Under the pieces are notes generated by a model. The model saw nothing but the letters and a program-made list of their open reading frames with translations. It did no database searches and was not told the origin of the DNA. A stretch of 64,000 nt of DNA from Schizosaccharomyces osmophilus (taxonomy: Eukaryota). Every line of letters starts with the position of its first letter. Position 1 is the first letter of the stretch. Location of the stretch: positions 2,356,001-2,420,000 of the forward strand of contig NC_079238.1 of assembly GCF_027921745.1 (NCBI RefSeq), read 5' to 3'. A program made the position numbers and the translations under genes. Of the stretch, positions 1 through 10,688 are shown one piece after another.

Positions 1-607
1 AGTTTTGGACGAGATACTGGTACCCGTTCATCACTGTATTGTTGGCCATTCTCTAAACAATGCTAATAGACTTTTGAGTCATCCTCAGGCTTTCGGGCAA
101 TGTACAAAATGGATTAAGGACAACCTACCTGGTGTAACTGCTGTGCCAGTTAATTCGACAAGTCACGCAGCAGAAATCGCATCTAATGATCAAACGGGCT
201 CTACGCTAGCAATTTCTAGCCAGTTCTGTGCAGATGCATACAACTACAAAGTGTTGGTGAAGGACGTTGAAGATGATCAAAATAACTGCACCAGATTTCT
301 TTTATTAACTTCTCGTGTTTCCAACACAATTCCGATTGCGCCCGAATGTACAAGAGAAAAAAAGACATTTTTGCAGTTCACAGTCTCTCACACAAAAAAG
401 CTTAATTATATTTTTCAAATGCTTCTTCAAGAAAACTCAGCTTTTACGAACTTGGTCACACGTCCCTCTTGTCAAAATCCTTGGACATACGTATACTTTA
501 TAGAGTGCGTCGGTTTGTCACAAACACTTCTGTTACGAATTGAATCAGTTTGTGATGAATTTAGTTTTATGGGAAGTTACGAAAATAAGACTACAAAAGT
601 AGTTTAA
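1..607 (+). CDS. pha2: Prephenate dehydratase, 3' part (5' end lies outside the window)
   Basis: SHPQAFGQC, STSHAA and N.TRFL motifs of prephenate dehydratase; ACT-like C-terminus (LVTRPS...WTYVYFIE); TAA at 605-607. Confidence 0.9.
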   Translation, partial: VLDEILVPVHHCIVGHSLNNANRLLSHPQAFGQCTKWIKDNLPGVTAVPVNSTSHAAEIASNDQTGSTLAISSQFCADAYNYKVLVKDVEDDQNNCTRFLLLTSRVSNTIPIAPECTREKKTFLQFTVSHTKKLNYIFQMLLQENSAFTNLVTRPSCQNPWTYVYFIECVGLSQTLLLRIESVCDEFSFMGSYENKTTKVV

Positions 608-891
608 CAATACCCGGAGAGTTCAAATAAGAGTTGAGAATAAAAGTTAATATTTGCAACATAGAAAAATAAATTGCAGTCATTAGTCAAATATAAAAGA
701 AAGAAAATTCAAACAAAAGAGTATTGGTATAAAAGGATAGCTTTCAAATTTATAGTCGAAAGCGTACATCAAAATAGATAGATAGACTGAATGATGGTCT
801 TTTGAAAGTTCAAGCAAGGGTCATTATAACAATAGTGAAAACATGCAAAAATCAAGAATAAACGTACATGTAATCGTTAACAGTTTTTGCT

Positions 892-2340
892 TTAATCTTT
901 TTTATGTTCATTAAAGGCTTCTTGTTCCTCCCCATTTAAAGCGGTTTCCTTCTGAGATTCGTCGGAACCATTTTGCTTTGCTTCCGAAGGAGATTCATTT
1001 TTTTCGTTTTCGACAATTTTGGGTGAAGATTCTTCTTTGGCATCTTCGAAGACTTGTGCTTTGGTCTTTTCCTTATCCTCAGAAGCCAAATTTGATGGTT
1101 TGCTATTCTGAGGCGCATCCATTAAGCCAAGATCTTCCTCCTCGGCTTCTTTCTTCACCAAATGGTCATCATCTTTCGAATAACCATAAAGTGGAACGTC
1201 TTCCAAACCACTTTCCAAAACGGCAGTTGAAGAGCTCAAGTCTTGGTCATTAGAACTTCCTTGGTCCTTTGGAGTAACAGAGGTATTCTTGGACTCTTGT
1301 TTCTTATGTTTTCTCTTTTCGGCCTTACGGGCTCTATACTTTAGAATATCGAGATAGGACCATTGTTCACGGGGAGGACCGTAGATAAGACGCAAGGAGT
1401 TATCTTCCTCATCTACCACCCATTTTCCGTTCTCCATATCGTAAGCCACAATGGCTAAGAAGTCGGCCCAAGAACGGGCAATGACATATTTAGTATCTTG
1501 GTCACGACCGAAGAGAATCACTTGTCCCCAATGCCCAGCGGGACCTGGAGCAAGGTCTACAGCAATGTTATTACCGACAAAATCCTTGGCGAGTGGAATC
1601 CAGCCAGGATGAGCATAAACGCATTGAACAGCACCAGGTGGAAAAGAAGATTGACGGGAAGCGACGGCTTGGTCGATCTTTCCAGCTATAGTGGCTTCAG
1701 CGTAAGACTGAGCAACACGACGCCAAAGCTCAGATTCCTCTTCAATTTCCTCAATATCCAATAATGTAACACCGAATAAGATTCCGGTGAGATGACCACC
1801 ACGATCTTGGCCATCGTGGATATACATACTTTCTCGAACGTCACGAGGTAAAGTGCACTCCAGTTCATACTCAAGGCTGTCAACATCAGCGGCGGTAGCG
1901 CCTGGACATAATTGGCAGTACAGCTCATAATAGTTTTCTTCAGCCCATCGGTCAACGCGTCTCCAAGACTCAGAAACGGGAGCAGGCAAGTTAGCAGTTC
2001 CGTTAGGGTTTATTTCTTGCATTTGGATTTCCATTGCATTGTTGGCAAGTTCATTGGAACGACTTCCCGGAACGTAAGGAACTTTTGTGGGAGCTTGGGA
2101 ATTCGTATTCGAGAGGTTTTGAGTAGAAGTACTCCTGCTGTCGCTCAAGAGTCCAGTTTGACTAGCATTAACGCCAGAATACCCAGAAGTAGCAATGGAC
2201 TGTAAGGGAGTAGGAAGTCTTGAATTTTTGTCACGTCGACTGGGGTTAAATGCAGGATCAGCATGTCTGTTGGCTGTTGTCAAAGACTGGAAAAAAGAAG
2301 TGACTGAATCAGCCACGGAAGAAAACGCGTTTTTTGACAT
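892..2340 (-). CDS. smi1: Cell wall assembly regulator, SMI1/KNR4 family
   Basis: 482-aa ORF with HDGQ, HPGWIPL and GNNIAVDLAPGP.G.WGQVILFGRD.DTK motifs of Knr4/Smi1; acidic disordered tail. Confidence 0.92.
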   Translation of the reverse strand: MSKNAFSSVADSVTSFFQSLTTANRHADPAFNPSRRDKNSRLPTPLQSIATSGYSGVNASQTGLLSDSRSTSTQNLSNTNSQAPTKVPYVPGSRSNELANNAMEIQMQEINPNGTANLPAPVSESWRRVDRWAEENYYELYCQLCPGATAADVDSLEYELECTLPRDVRESMYIHDGQDRGGHLTGILFGVTLLDIEEIEEESELWRRVAQSYAEATIAGKIDQAVASRQSSFPPGAVQCVYAHPGWIPLAKDFVGNNIAVDLAPGPAGHWGQVILFGRDQDTKYVIARSWADFLAIVAYDMENGKWVVDEEDNSLRLIYGPPREQWSYLDILKYRARKAEKRKHKKQESKNTSVTPKDQGSSNDQDLSSSTAVLESGLEDVPLYGYSKDDDHLVKKEAEEEDLGLMDAPQNSKPSNLASEDKEKTKAQVFEDAKEESSPKIVENEKNESPSEAKQNGSDESQKETALNGEEQEAFNEHKKD

Positions 2341-2977
2341 TTCTTTAGGATTAGTTTAGACAAACAAAAAAATCAAAAACAACTAGAGAATTCGTGTCTC
2401 AACAGCGAAGAGAAAGGGAATAAGCACAAAAAGAAGGTGCGAGGGAAAGGAAAATTTTCTTCAGGAAACACAACGTATGCGATACGATGTAAAAGAAAGA
2501 TTGAAGTGCTTCCTAGAAATGATTATCTTCAAAAACGTAAAATGGAATGTTTTCAAAGATATACCAGCAAAATCAATTATAATGCAGCAGAAGATCAGAG
2601 GTACTGGGAGGAAGAGTAGAGGTAATACTTGTCTATGAGAAAATAGCTCTCGTTTTAGCAGCCCTCGAAAGTACGCGTTGGAACACGTAATATAGTAATT
2701 ATTGGAAAAGTCAAAAAGCAAAACTTGCGATGAAATACAGCTCGAAATCAACCATCCAAAAACACGTTCTCCTATGCTAATTACAATTCCTCAACATACC
2801 AGGAAGATTATTTGCCAGTAGAGCTTGGTTACGCTAACGAAATAGATTATTACTCTAATAGTAGTACAAAAAAACATCAGCAAACTAGCAGGTTTCCTAT
2901 AAATACATTATTCAGCGCCTTCATATCCATGACACTGCCGTGAAAGAGTTCCAAACCAATTTCAAAAAGATTGTAGT

Positions 2978-3959
2978 TTAATACAAACGGTAGGGTTTAC
3001 CCATCGTAGACTTAATAACCAAGGAACCAATGTTTTGCCAGCCTTTCTTAAGCAAAGAAACCAAGAAGTTAATGGAAAGCATAATATTGGCAATCAATTG
3101 ATCTTCAGTCATTTCGACATGTCCAACAGCAACACCCAAACAAAGGACCTTCTTCAGTTGAAATTTGATGGTAGACTTAACTTCAATAATCTTTCCATAC
3201 AAATCATCATTGTGAGAAACGGGAGTAGGGAATTTACCGGCTATAGCCATCGAGTTAGTAAAAACTCTTCCTTGTCAATGTAATCATTGAAAGGTGGGGC
3301 CTGCGGTTTCCTACGCTCCTTTCAAACTCTACTACTAAGGGAGAACCTTCCTTTTTTAATCTACAGTTTTCCAAAGGAAGATTCTATAGCCCTCGAGTCT
3401 ACATTATGTTTCACAAACAGTACACAAACCACAAGCACTGTGGTTTGTAGTTCCATCCGAACATTTGATGCTACAAGTTTTACAAGGAGAACGTAAGCAA
3501 TGAGAAAGCACAAGACGAGTATAAAGCCCGACCCTTAGCTTCTCATCAACCGTTAGCTTTACACCACTTACCTTTAGATAAACCAGGACCTAACAAACGA
3601 GGGATTTGCTTGATGAGGACTTCGGAAGCAACGAAAGCATCGTACTTCTTAGCCAACTTCTTAACAAGCTTCTTGTTCTTGTTAAGCTTTTTCAAATCGT
3701 CGACGGACATAGCATCAACACCTCCATGCTTAGCACGGTCCAAATCGTGGGCATCACCAAGAATGCAAAGAGCCATGTTAGGACGGGGAACATTGGGCAA
3801 CTTGATAGTACCAGAGAAACGCTTATCACGTTGAGGGTCGTAGTTCTTCAAACCAATTTGAAGTTCTACGGTCTCAGTGAAATGGCGCCTCTTTTGTTCG
3901 GAACCTTTCAAAATACCTTCTATGTTGGTACGAACATTGGCTCCCGATACCTTCGACAT
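2978..3959 (-). CDS. rpl102: 60S ribosomal protein uL1 (L1/L10a); join(3959..3572,3240..2978), 216 aa; 331-nt intron at 3241-3571
   Basis: MSKVS...[19 protein letters not shown]...GPGLSK|AGKFPTP...KSTMGKP. GTAAGT donor, TACTAAC branch and TAG acceptor give a 651-nt CDS. Paralog number assigned from synteny. Confidence 0.95.
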
Positions 3960-4036
3960 TTTCAAATTTTTTTTTTGGTGTTGTTGACGTTTGAAACCGA
4001 AAATCTGTTTCACTTGTAAAACTGTCGGGTTGGTCT

Positions 4037-4044
4037 TGTGACTG
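4037..4044 (-). promoter_or_regulatory. Homol D box (CAGTCACA) of the ribosomal protein promoter
   Basis: Exact CAGTCACA on the minus strand ~80 nt upstream of the rpl1 ATG; canonical fission-yeast RP core promoter element. Confidence 0.85.
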
Positions 4045-4242
4045 CTTCATTCGCCTAACGATAAACGCTCTACATCATTAATATACAATTTGTGTCACTT
4101 AGCGTGGATAATGTAAGTAAATAAATAAATAAATTCGATAGCTATGCTAAAAATTTGGTTTCGACTTTTAAAATACATCCTGTACGGGTTTTCCAAACCA
4201 TAACTGAAGATGTATGTAAATAACTAGTCTTCCAATACTTCT

Positions 4243-5118
4243 TTAAAAGGATATAACTTTAGAAAAGGAAGGTTTAGAGGAAGGGGGTGGGCGAGGGTGG
4301 ACCGAGCGATTGTAAGCAGAGTAACCATACTTTGCGTACAGCCAGCCAAAAACACCTCCTCCCAAATGAGCTGCATGATCGAAAAAGGTGTACTGGGCAA
4401 ATCGTTTAGAAACAAGACCCCACGTGTCAAAAGCCATTAGACCCAATAGTGCTACCCCAATTTTGATGGGAATAAAGGGTAGGAAAATGATGGAGACGGA
4501 TGCGTTTGGGAAAAAATACGCTGTAGCAGCAGCAATGGCATATATGGCTCCACTAGCACCCAGGGATCCTGGATGGGCCTTGACACCATAGCGCAGACGG
4601 TTATGGAGCAATGAAGCTAGGTTAGAGAACAATATGGATGAAGTATAGAACGCTAAAAACTGATTTTTTCCAAATACATCAAGGATCGCTGGAGCAAAAG
4701 AATAAAAGGCCATCATATTGAAAAGTAAATGCCAACCAGATTGATGGCTGAATGCGGATACAATAATAGAGGGTAAGTTTACAAAAGTGGGATTCATTAC
4801 AGCGTATTTTTCAAGGGCTCTGTGAAATGCAGGGATTCTCCATAAAGCGAATATACCCACATTTATACCTATAATCGAATAAATGACACTTCGGTTCGAC
4901 CTGCGATCAATAAGGCTTCGAGAATTCCAGGCGCTAGGCTTTTTTTGTTTATCCAAGTATTGCGCTACATAAAAGGTAGCTGATCCTGTTCCAACTGCAA
5001 ATGTAAGTGGTTTCCACAAGGGCGTCGGTCGAACATTTTCTATCCTTATCCAAGGCCTGTAGTAAAATCGTTTTTGCCCAAAGGTCCGAAAAAGTTTCTG
5101 AGAAAAAGAAGAATTCAT
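4243..5118 (-). CDS. rbd1: Mitochondrial rhomboid protease (Pcp1/PARL-like)
   Basis: FSH...HLLFNM, GASGA (catalytic Ser) and AAHLGG (catalytic His); basic N-terminal presequence. Confidence 0.9.
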   Translation of the reverse strand: MNSSFSQKLFRTFGQKRFYYRPWIRIENVRPTPLWKPLTFAVGTGSATFYVAQYLDKQKKPSAWNSRSLIDRRSNRSVIYSIIGINVGIFALWRIPAFHRALEKYAVMNPTFVNLPSIIVSAFSHQSGWHLLFNMMAFYSFAPAILDVFGKNQFLAFYTSSILFSNLASLLHNRLRYGVKAHPGSLGASGAIYAIAAATAYFFPNASVSIIFLPFIPIKIGVALLGLMAFDTWGLVSKRFAQYTFFDHAAHLGGGVFGWLYAKYGYSAYNRSVHPRPPPSSKPSFSKVISF

Positions 5119-5926
5119 ATTCTGTAACCTATTAATGAATCCAATTCTTTACTATTTTACCTAGAATATGATGGACGTAAAATGAAGGAGTTCAACGAAA
5201 GAGGTAAAGGGGAAAGTTGAGGGTCATTGTAAAAACTGACGAGACCGTTTGTATTAAGAAAATCATAAATTTATATTTTATTCGTTTTTAAATTATTTTT
5301 TCCAATAAATACAAGCTAAACCGCCTACGACCATTTACGCCTAAAAGAATGTTGGTTCACAATACATCATGAACAAAGTATTCAAAGTCGAAGAAAGAAA
5401 CAAAGATATTTTTGAAATAAATGGTTTTCAAAAGAACATTGTAATAACGAATATTGAAAACTCATTTTTTTTGCAATTAGCCAAGTAAACGAATTTACAC
5501 TCGTCTTTGTTTACGCTCATAGACTACTAGCATAGAAAGATCACTTTCAGCGGTGATTCCTTTTTTCTTTCTATTTTAATGTTTTATTTAATTTATTGTG
5601 CTCTCTAACGATTTGTTCCATGGTTAAAACCAGACTCAAAAGTATTTTACTTTGTACATGTCTGTCATAGACACCGTTCAATGACTACAGTTTATGCCAA
5701 AGATTAAGAATTATACTAAGAACATTATTTCTGGCTAATATTTACATCCTGCATTTCTATATATCTATGTTATTTTATTTTATATTTGCTTTTTATAGGC
5801 TTTGTTTGTTTACACAAGTCCCCCACATGTATAATTATGTGGGGGACTTGTATTTCAAACTATGGGCAAAACACTCAGGCATTTGCCTCGACATCCATGG
5901 GTTTCGCATGCCTCTAGTAATTCGAA

Positions 5927-7478
5927 ATGGGATGTCCAAGCTGTGGATCAACAGCTTTTGAATCTGATGTAGCATCAGGAAATACATACTGGTAAGGAAA
6001 TGAATGAATTTTTTGAAATATACTGTGAAGAAAGACTAACAATGGATAACTATAGTTTAGAGTGTGGTGTTGTGGTTGAACAAAATGCAATTGTATCAGA
6101 AGTGACATTTGGTGAAGCCTCAAGTGGTGCAGCCGTAGTGCAAGGCTCTCTCGTCAGTCATGATCAAACACATGCTAGACCTATGGGAGGTCCATTTCGA
6201 AATCAAAGCTCCTTGGAATCCAGGGAAATGACCATTGCAAATGGACGCCGCCGTATCTCAGCTTTAGCAATCGCATTAAAATTGAACGAGCGACATGTTG
6301 AGGCTGCCGTTCGTTACTTTACTCTTGCGATTAACAATAATTTCATTAAAGGCCGTCGGTCGCAGTACGTTGTAGCTTCGTGCCTGTACATCGTTTGCCG
6401 TTATTCGAAAACATCACATATGCTTATTGACTTTTCCGATATGCTGCAAATCAATGTCTTTAAACTTGGCTCCACCTTTTTGAAGTTATGCCGCACCTTA
6501 GAAATTACACTACCCCTGTTAGATCCTTCCTTGTATATTAGTCGATTTGCTGCTCTTTTAGAATTTGGTCCAGAAACGTCTCGTGTTGCCAACGACGCAA
6601 TTCGCCTTGTTGCACGTATGAATCGAGATTGGATGCAGATCGGTCGCCGCCCTGCTGGTATTTGCGGTGCCTGTCTTTTAATCGCTGCCCGTATGAACAA
6701 CTTTAGAAGAAGTGTTCGTGAGATTGTACACGTGGTTAAAGTTGCAGATATCACCATCCAGAAACGTCTTGACGAATTTCGTATTACCGAAAGTGGTGAT
6801 TTATCAATCGCTGACTTTCGCAGTATTTGGCTTGAGGGTCAATCAGATCCTCCAAGTTTTGCGAAAAATCAAAAGACCTATGTCAACCCTTTTGATGCAG
6901 TATCGTCCTCTCCTCCTATAAAAGAATCACCGTCCCAAATAGAGAAAACAGACCCTCCGAACATACAACCACGGGAATCTTCGCCTGTAATGAAATCCGA
7001 AGAATTATCACAAAACGTCAAGGTAGGTTCTCAGGAACAGCAATCTAAACTGTTAGAGGAATCTCAAACTATTCGAAAAGAGGTTTCTGAAACTCTCAGA
7101 CAGGAGGATTTCAAAAAGCTTTCTTCCCAGGTAAATGTCAAGTTGAGCGAAGACGAGATTGTTTTAGGCGATGTAGATGATGACGAGATACAAGAAATAC
7201 TTCTCGATAAAGAGGAAGTAGAAACGAAGACTCAAGTTTGGATGGAATTAAACAAGGAATATCTAGCTGAAGAAGAAGCAAAGAATTTGAAAATTCAGGA
7301 AGATTTGAAGAAAGGAATTGTGAAACAACCTCGCAAGCGACGAAAATATCGTCCCAAGGATAGCACCAGTGATGGACTTGCCAATACTCCTGCCGAAAGT
7401 GCGAAAGAGATGATGCAACAAAGAGCATTTTCTAAGAAAATCAATTATGAAGCACTAGACATGTTATTTAACGAATAG
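5927..7478 (+). CDS. brf1: TFIIIB subunit Brf1; join(5927..5991,6056..7478), 495 aa
   Basis: Splicing GTAAGG..ACTAAC..TAG restores the Zn ribbon MGCPSC...YC/LECG; cyclin folds (GRRSQYV, GRRPAGICGACL); C-terminal SKKINY box. Confidence 0.93.
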
Positions 7479-7663
7479 GTATATTGCATTTTTGTAGTTT
7501 AGGACATTTAATCATTATGGGTTTAATAGTTAATAATAAGTTTTTTGGGCCTTTTATCTACCAAATCAAGAGCATTGTACTTTATAAATTCATTCGTAAA
7601 ACGACTTATAGTCTATAATAATAATAATCGTAAATACAGCATAAATTATAGCATTGTAGTATT

Positions 7664-8592
7664 CTAAGCAAGTCTGAGGGGCACTGTCGATCCAGTACTT
7701 CCCCGATAAATTTTTGGACCTCCCCTGAATCGTCGTGGTTGAGGAAGATAGCTATCGTCTTTGAAGTGAAACCTTCCATGGTCGTCAACTAAATATTTGT
7801 TAGTGAGTTGCAAATAAAAAAACTTTTGATCATACCTTTGTCTGAGCGATGTTGTAGAGTGTAAGAAGAAGCAGGTATTGGTGATGAAGGAGGATGACTT
7901 GGAGGAGGCGGAGGAGGAGGAGGAGGAAATGTTTGTGAATTTCCAGAGGAGACTCGTGAATTTATAGGCATATGCGAACCTAGGGGTGGAGCTGACTGTG
8001 GAGGCAATGGAGGTGCTTTGGATGGTGCAGATGGAACTGGAGGAGGAGGTGAAGAAGGCACGTTGGTAGGACTTGGCGAGGGTGAAGTTTTCTGGGGCAA
8101 CGAAGTAGGAATACGAGGAGCAGAAGCGGATGGAATAGAAGGTGCCGAAAGAGGAACAGGCGGTGCAGAATATGTAGGGGGAGGAGGGGGAGGAGAAGAC
8201 ATAGGTTTGGACGATATCGGAGGCTGTGGTGGAGACGCAGTGGAAGAAGCCTTTCCTACTTTTCGAAGTTTAGGCATTCCTTGTGAGAAGAGACCACCTA
8301 ACTTAGGAGCACTAGCAGGGACAGCGGGTTCATTTGATCCAGAGGAGCCAGAAGCAGGCATTGGAGGTGCGCCCGCTAATTTACTAGAGCGACCAGCTGC
8401 TTTTGAAGCGTCCCCGACAATACCACCGCCGCCAACGCTAGGAGCAGATCGATCATTTGTTTGTGCCTTTTTTAACTTTGTTCCTTTCTGAATGGAATTC
8501 AGTAAATCGGATCGATCTTTAGTTACGGGAGGAGGAGCGGGTACGGCTGCAGCAGGTGCTGGAGCTGGAGGGGGAGGAGGAGCCGGAGGCAT
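7664..8592 (-). CDS. vrp1: Verprolin/WIP; join(8592..7836,7788..7664), 293 aa
   Basis: N-terminal WH2 motif (DRSDLLNSIQKGTKLKK), polyproline tracts; a 47-nt intron leads to the WASP-binding tail (GRFHFKDDSYLPQPRRF). Confidence 0.92.
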
Positions 8593-8958
8593 TTTGCCAA
8601 AATTGTAAAAGTTAAGTCAGTCTAAATCCAAGAAACAATAAAAATCCCTGCGTCTATTTGGTTTTGCAAATAACAGTAAACGCTAAGGGGTATCACCAAT
8701 TTCAACAAGGTACAAAAGTCTGATACCTAAGAATAATTTATATTCAATAAGCAATTAATAAAGGAACTTTCTTTAATGTAGTATTGGAAATTGGCATCTA
8801 TATTGAAAAGAAATTGAGTCGATATCATGAGAAGTAGCATTGTTACCTTTCTTCTTATTGTAGATGCAAGCGTACCAAACTTAGACCTTTGCCAAAACCA
8901 CGGTGTTTTTAATTAATTTTGGTTGCAAATCCACTAGAATAGTATAAAATAAATTCTT

Positions 8959-10356
8959 ATGTCTGAGCCTGAAGTGAATTCTTCGAAAGAAGCAAATGAA
9001 GACTTGTTTGGGGGAAGCGACGACGAAAGTTTTACAAAAGACGAGGTTGAAACAACGAACAATGAATCCAACAACGAAATTTTGAATGAAAACGACGAAT
9101 TGAAAGACCATCAGAACGATCAAGAATTATTTTTTGATGAGGAAAGAAATCAGGAAAGTCCAAAGGAAAGGTAAGTAAACGTTGCAAAAAAAAAAGTATC
9201 TTTTTTCACAAGCAGAGGCTTTGGAGGAGACCAACGGGTAGCAATTTGCAATATTTTAGAATCTACAATACCTTGCAAGTAGGAAATGCTAACCTACGTA
9301 TGTAGCAAGCCTGTCAAAAAAATCTTAGAGTCTGAAATTCCTAATTTTCCGTCTCCTGCTCCATTAGATTCAAAAGCGTTTCATGCTCGGATACCAAACT
9401 TTATGTCGGTAGAACATGCTCCTTTTGACTCTGCAAAATACGCCATAGAGGCTGAAGCAGACGAAACATTATTGGCACACGATGTACAGTGGGGACAGCG
9501 TGTAAAGCACAAAGTGGATAATACTATTCGATGGCGCTTTGATGAATCGGGTAACCCCGAATCCAATACTCAGGTAGTCCAATGGTCAGATGGTTCTTAT
9601 TCTCTTCGCATTGGTAACGACATATACGATGCCCAGTCGAAGCTGATTACCCAGCCTACATTCCTCACTACTTCTCATGAAGCTCAGCATCTCCTTCGTG
9701 TCCAAGCGGCCCTCAAAAGAAGTTTTAATTTTCTTCCTTCCGCCATCAGTACGGCTACTACCTCCAAGCTTCCTTCTATGCGAATGAGAGGAACTCCACT
9801 GAGCAATAGAGGCGTTCAAGAAATTGTAACCGAGAAAGATCCTGAACTTCTTAAGCGCGAGGCTGAAAAATTTGAAGAAGAACGGAATCGTGCCCGGCGG
9901 CGTCTCGAGAAAAGAAAATATCTTAATAATTACAAAAATGGGATGGAAGAAGAAGAAGAAGATTTTACTTCCTTCGTTGGTCCTCGGGGTGCCTATTCTC
10001 AAAGAGACGAATCAGCCGAGCAGGATCGCATGGAGCGACTTAAACGAATTAAGCAAGAAGGGGCTGGAGAATATTACAATAACGAAGAAAATTATGAAGA
10101 CGAAGAAGATGAAGGAGCTCTTGATGATTTCATTGAAGACGAGGAGGAAGAAGAGGATGAGGAACCCGTCAATCAATCTAAACACTCTCCTTCCAAAAGG
10201 TCTGTAAGCCCTGAAAGCGAAAGAAATGAAAGAGAAAGTGCATCACCAGATAAGAAGCACGAAGCATCAAATGAAGCTGGTAATGAGTCGGGTGAAGCGG
10301 ACAATGCTGGGCAGCGTAGACCACGACGCCGTATCATTGAAAGTGATAGCGAATGA
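8959..10356 (+). CDS. leo1: Paf1 complex subunit Leo1; join(8959..9170,9306..10356), 420 aa
   Basis: DLFG N-terminus; NTIRWR...SNTQVVQWSDGSYSLRIG Leo1 core; GTAAGT/GCTAAC/TAG intron keeps the frame. Confidence 0.92.
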
Positions 10357-10688
10357 TCACTCTCAAAGTTAAAAGAACAAAAGAATATGTGTATACCTCC
10401 AATCTTCGTTCGTGATAGATTGTCATTTAATTTATTCTTCCGGAAATTGTTTCATAAGCTTTAGTATATGAAAGATACTATAATAGAAATGAAAGCAAAC
10501 ATTTATTATTTCGTTGTATATAAAACATTGGTTGAAATCTCGGTTTTAAAAATTAACTTTATGCAGAATTAGTATAAATCAGATGAGCGTTCATGAGTAT
10601 CTGGTCCAAATCAATCGCAATTGAGAAATATTACAATATAAGATCATTAATCTATTATAATTCTCATGGGCAGCAAAGAAGAGGATAT

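Noticed and set aside
2673..2678. MCB element ACGCGT upstream of smi1
   Set aside because: A single isolated hexamer; MBF targets normally have clustered sites.
3241..3571. Intronic box C/D or H/ACA snoRNA in rpl1
   Set aside because: A UGAUGA occurs near the donor but there is no CUGA D box. An ACA follows the last hairpin but no ANANNA hinge precedes it. Not excluded without an Rfam scan.
8018..8491. 157-aa Gly-rich antisense ORF in vrp1
   Set aside because: Reverse complement of polyproline codons.
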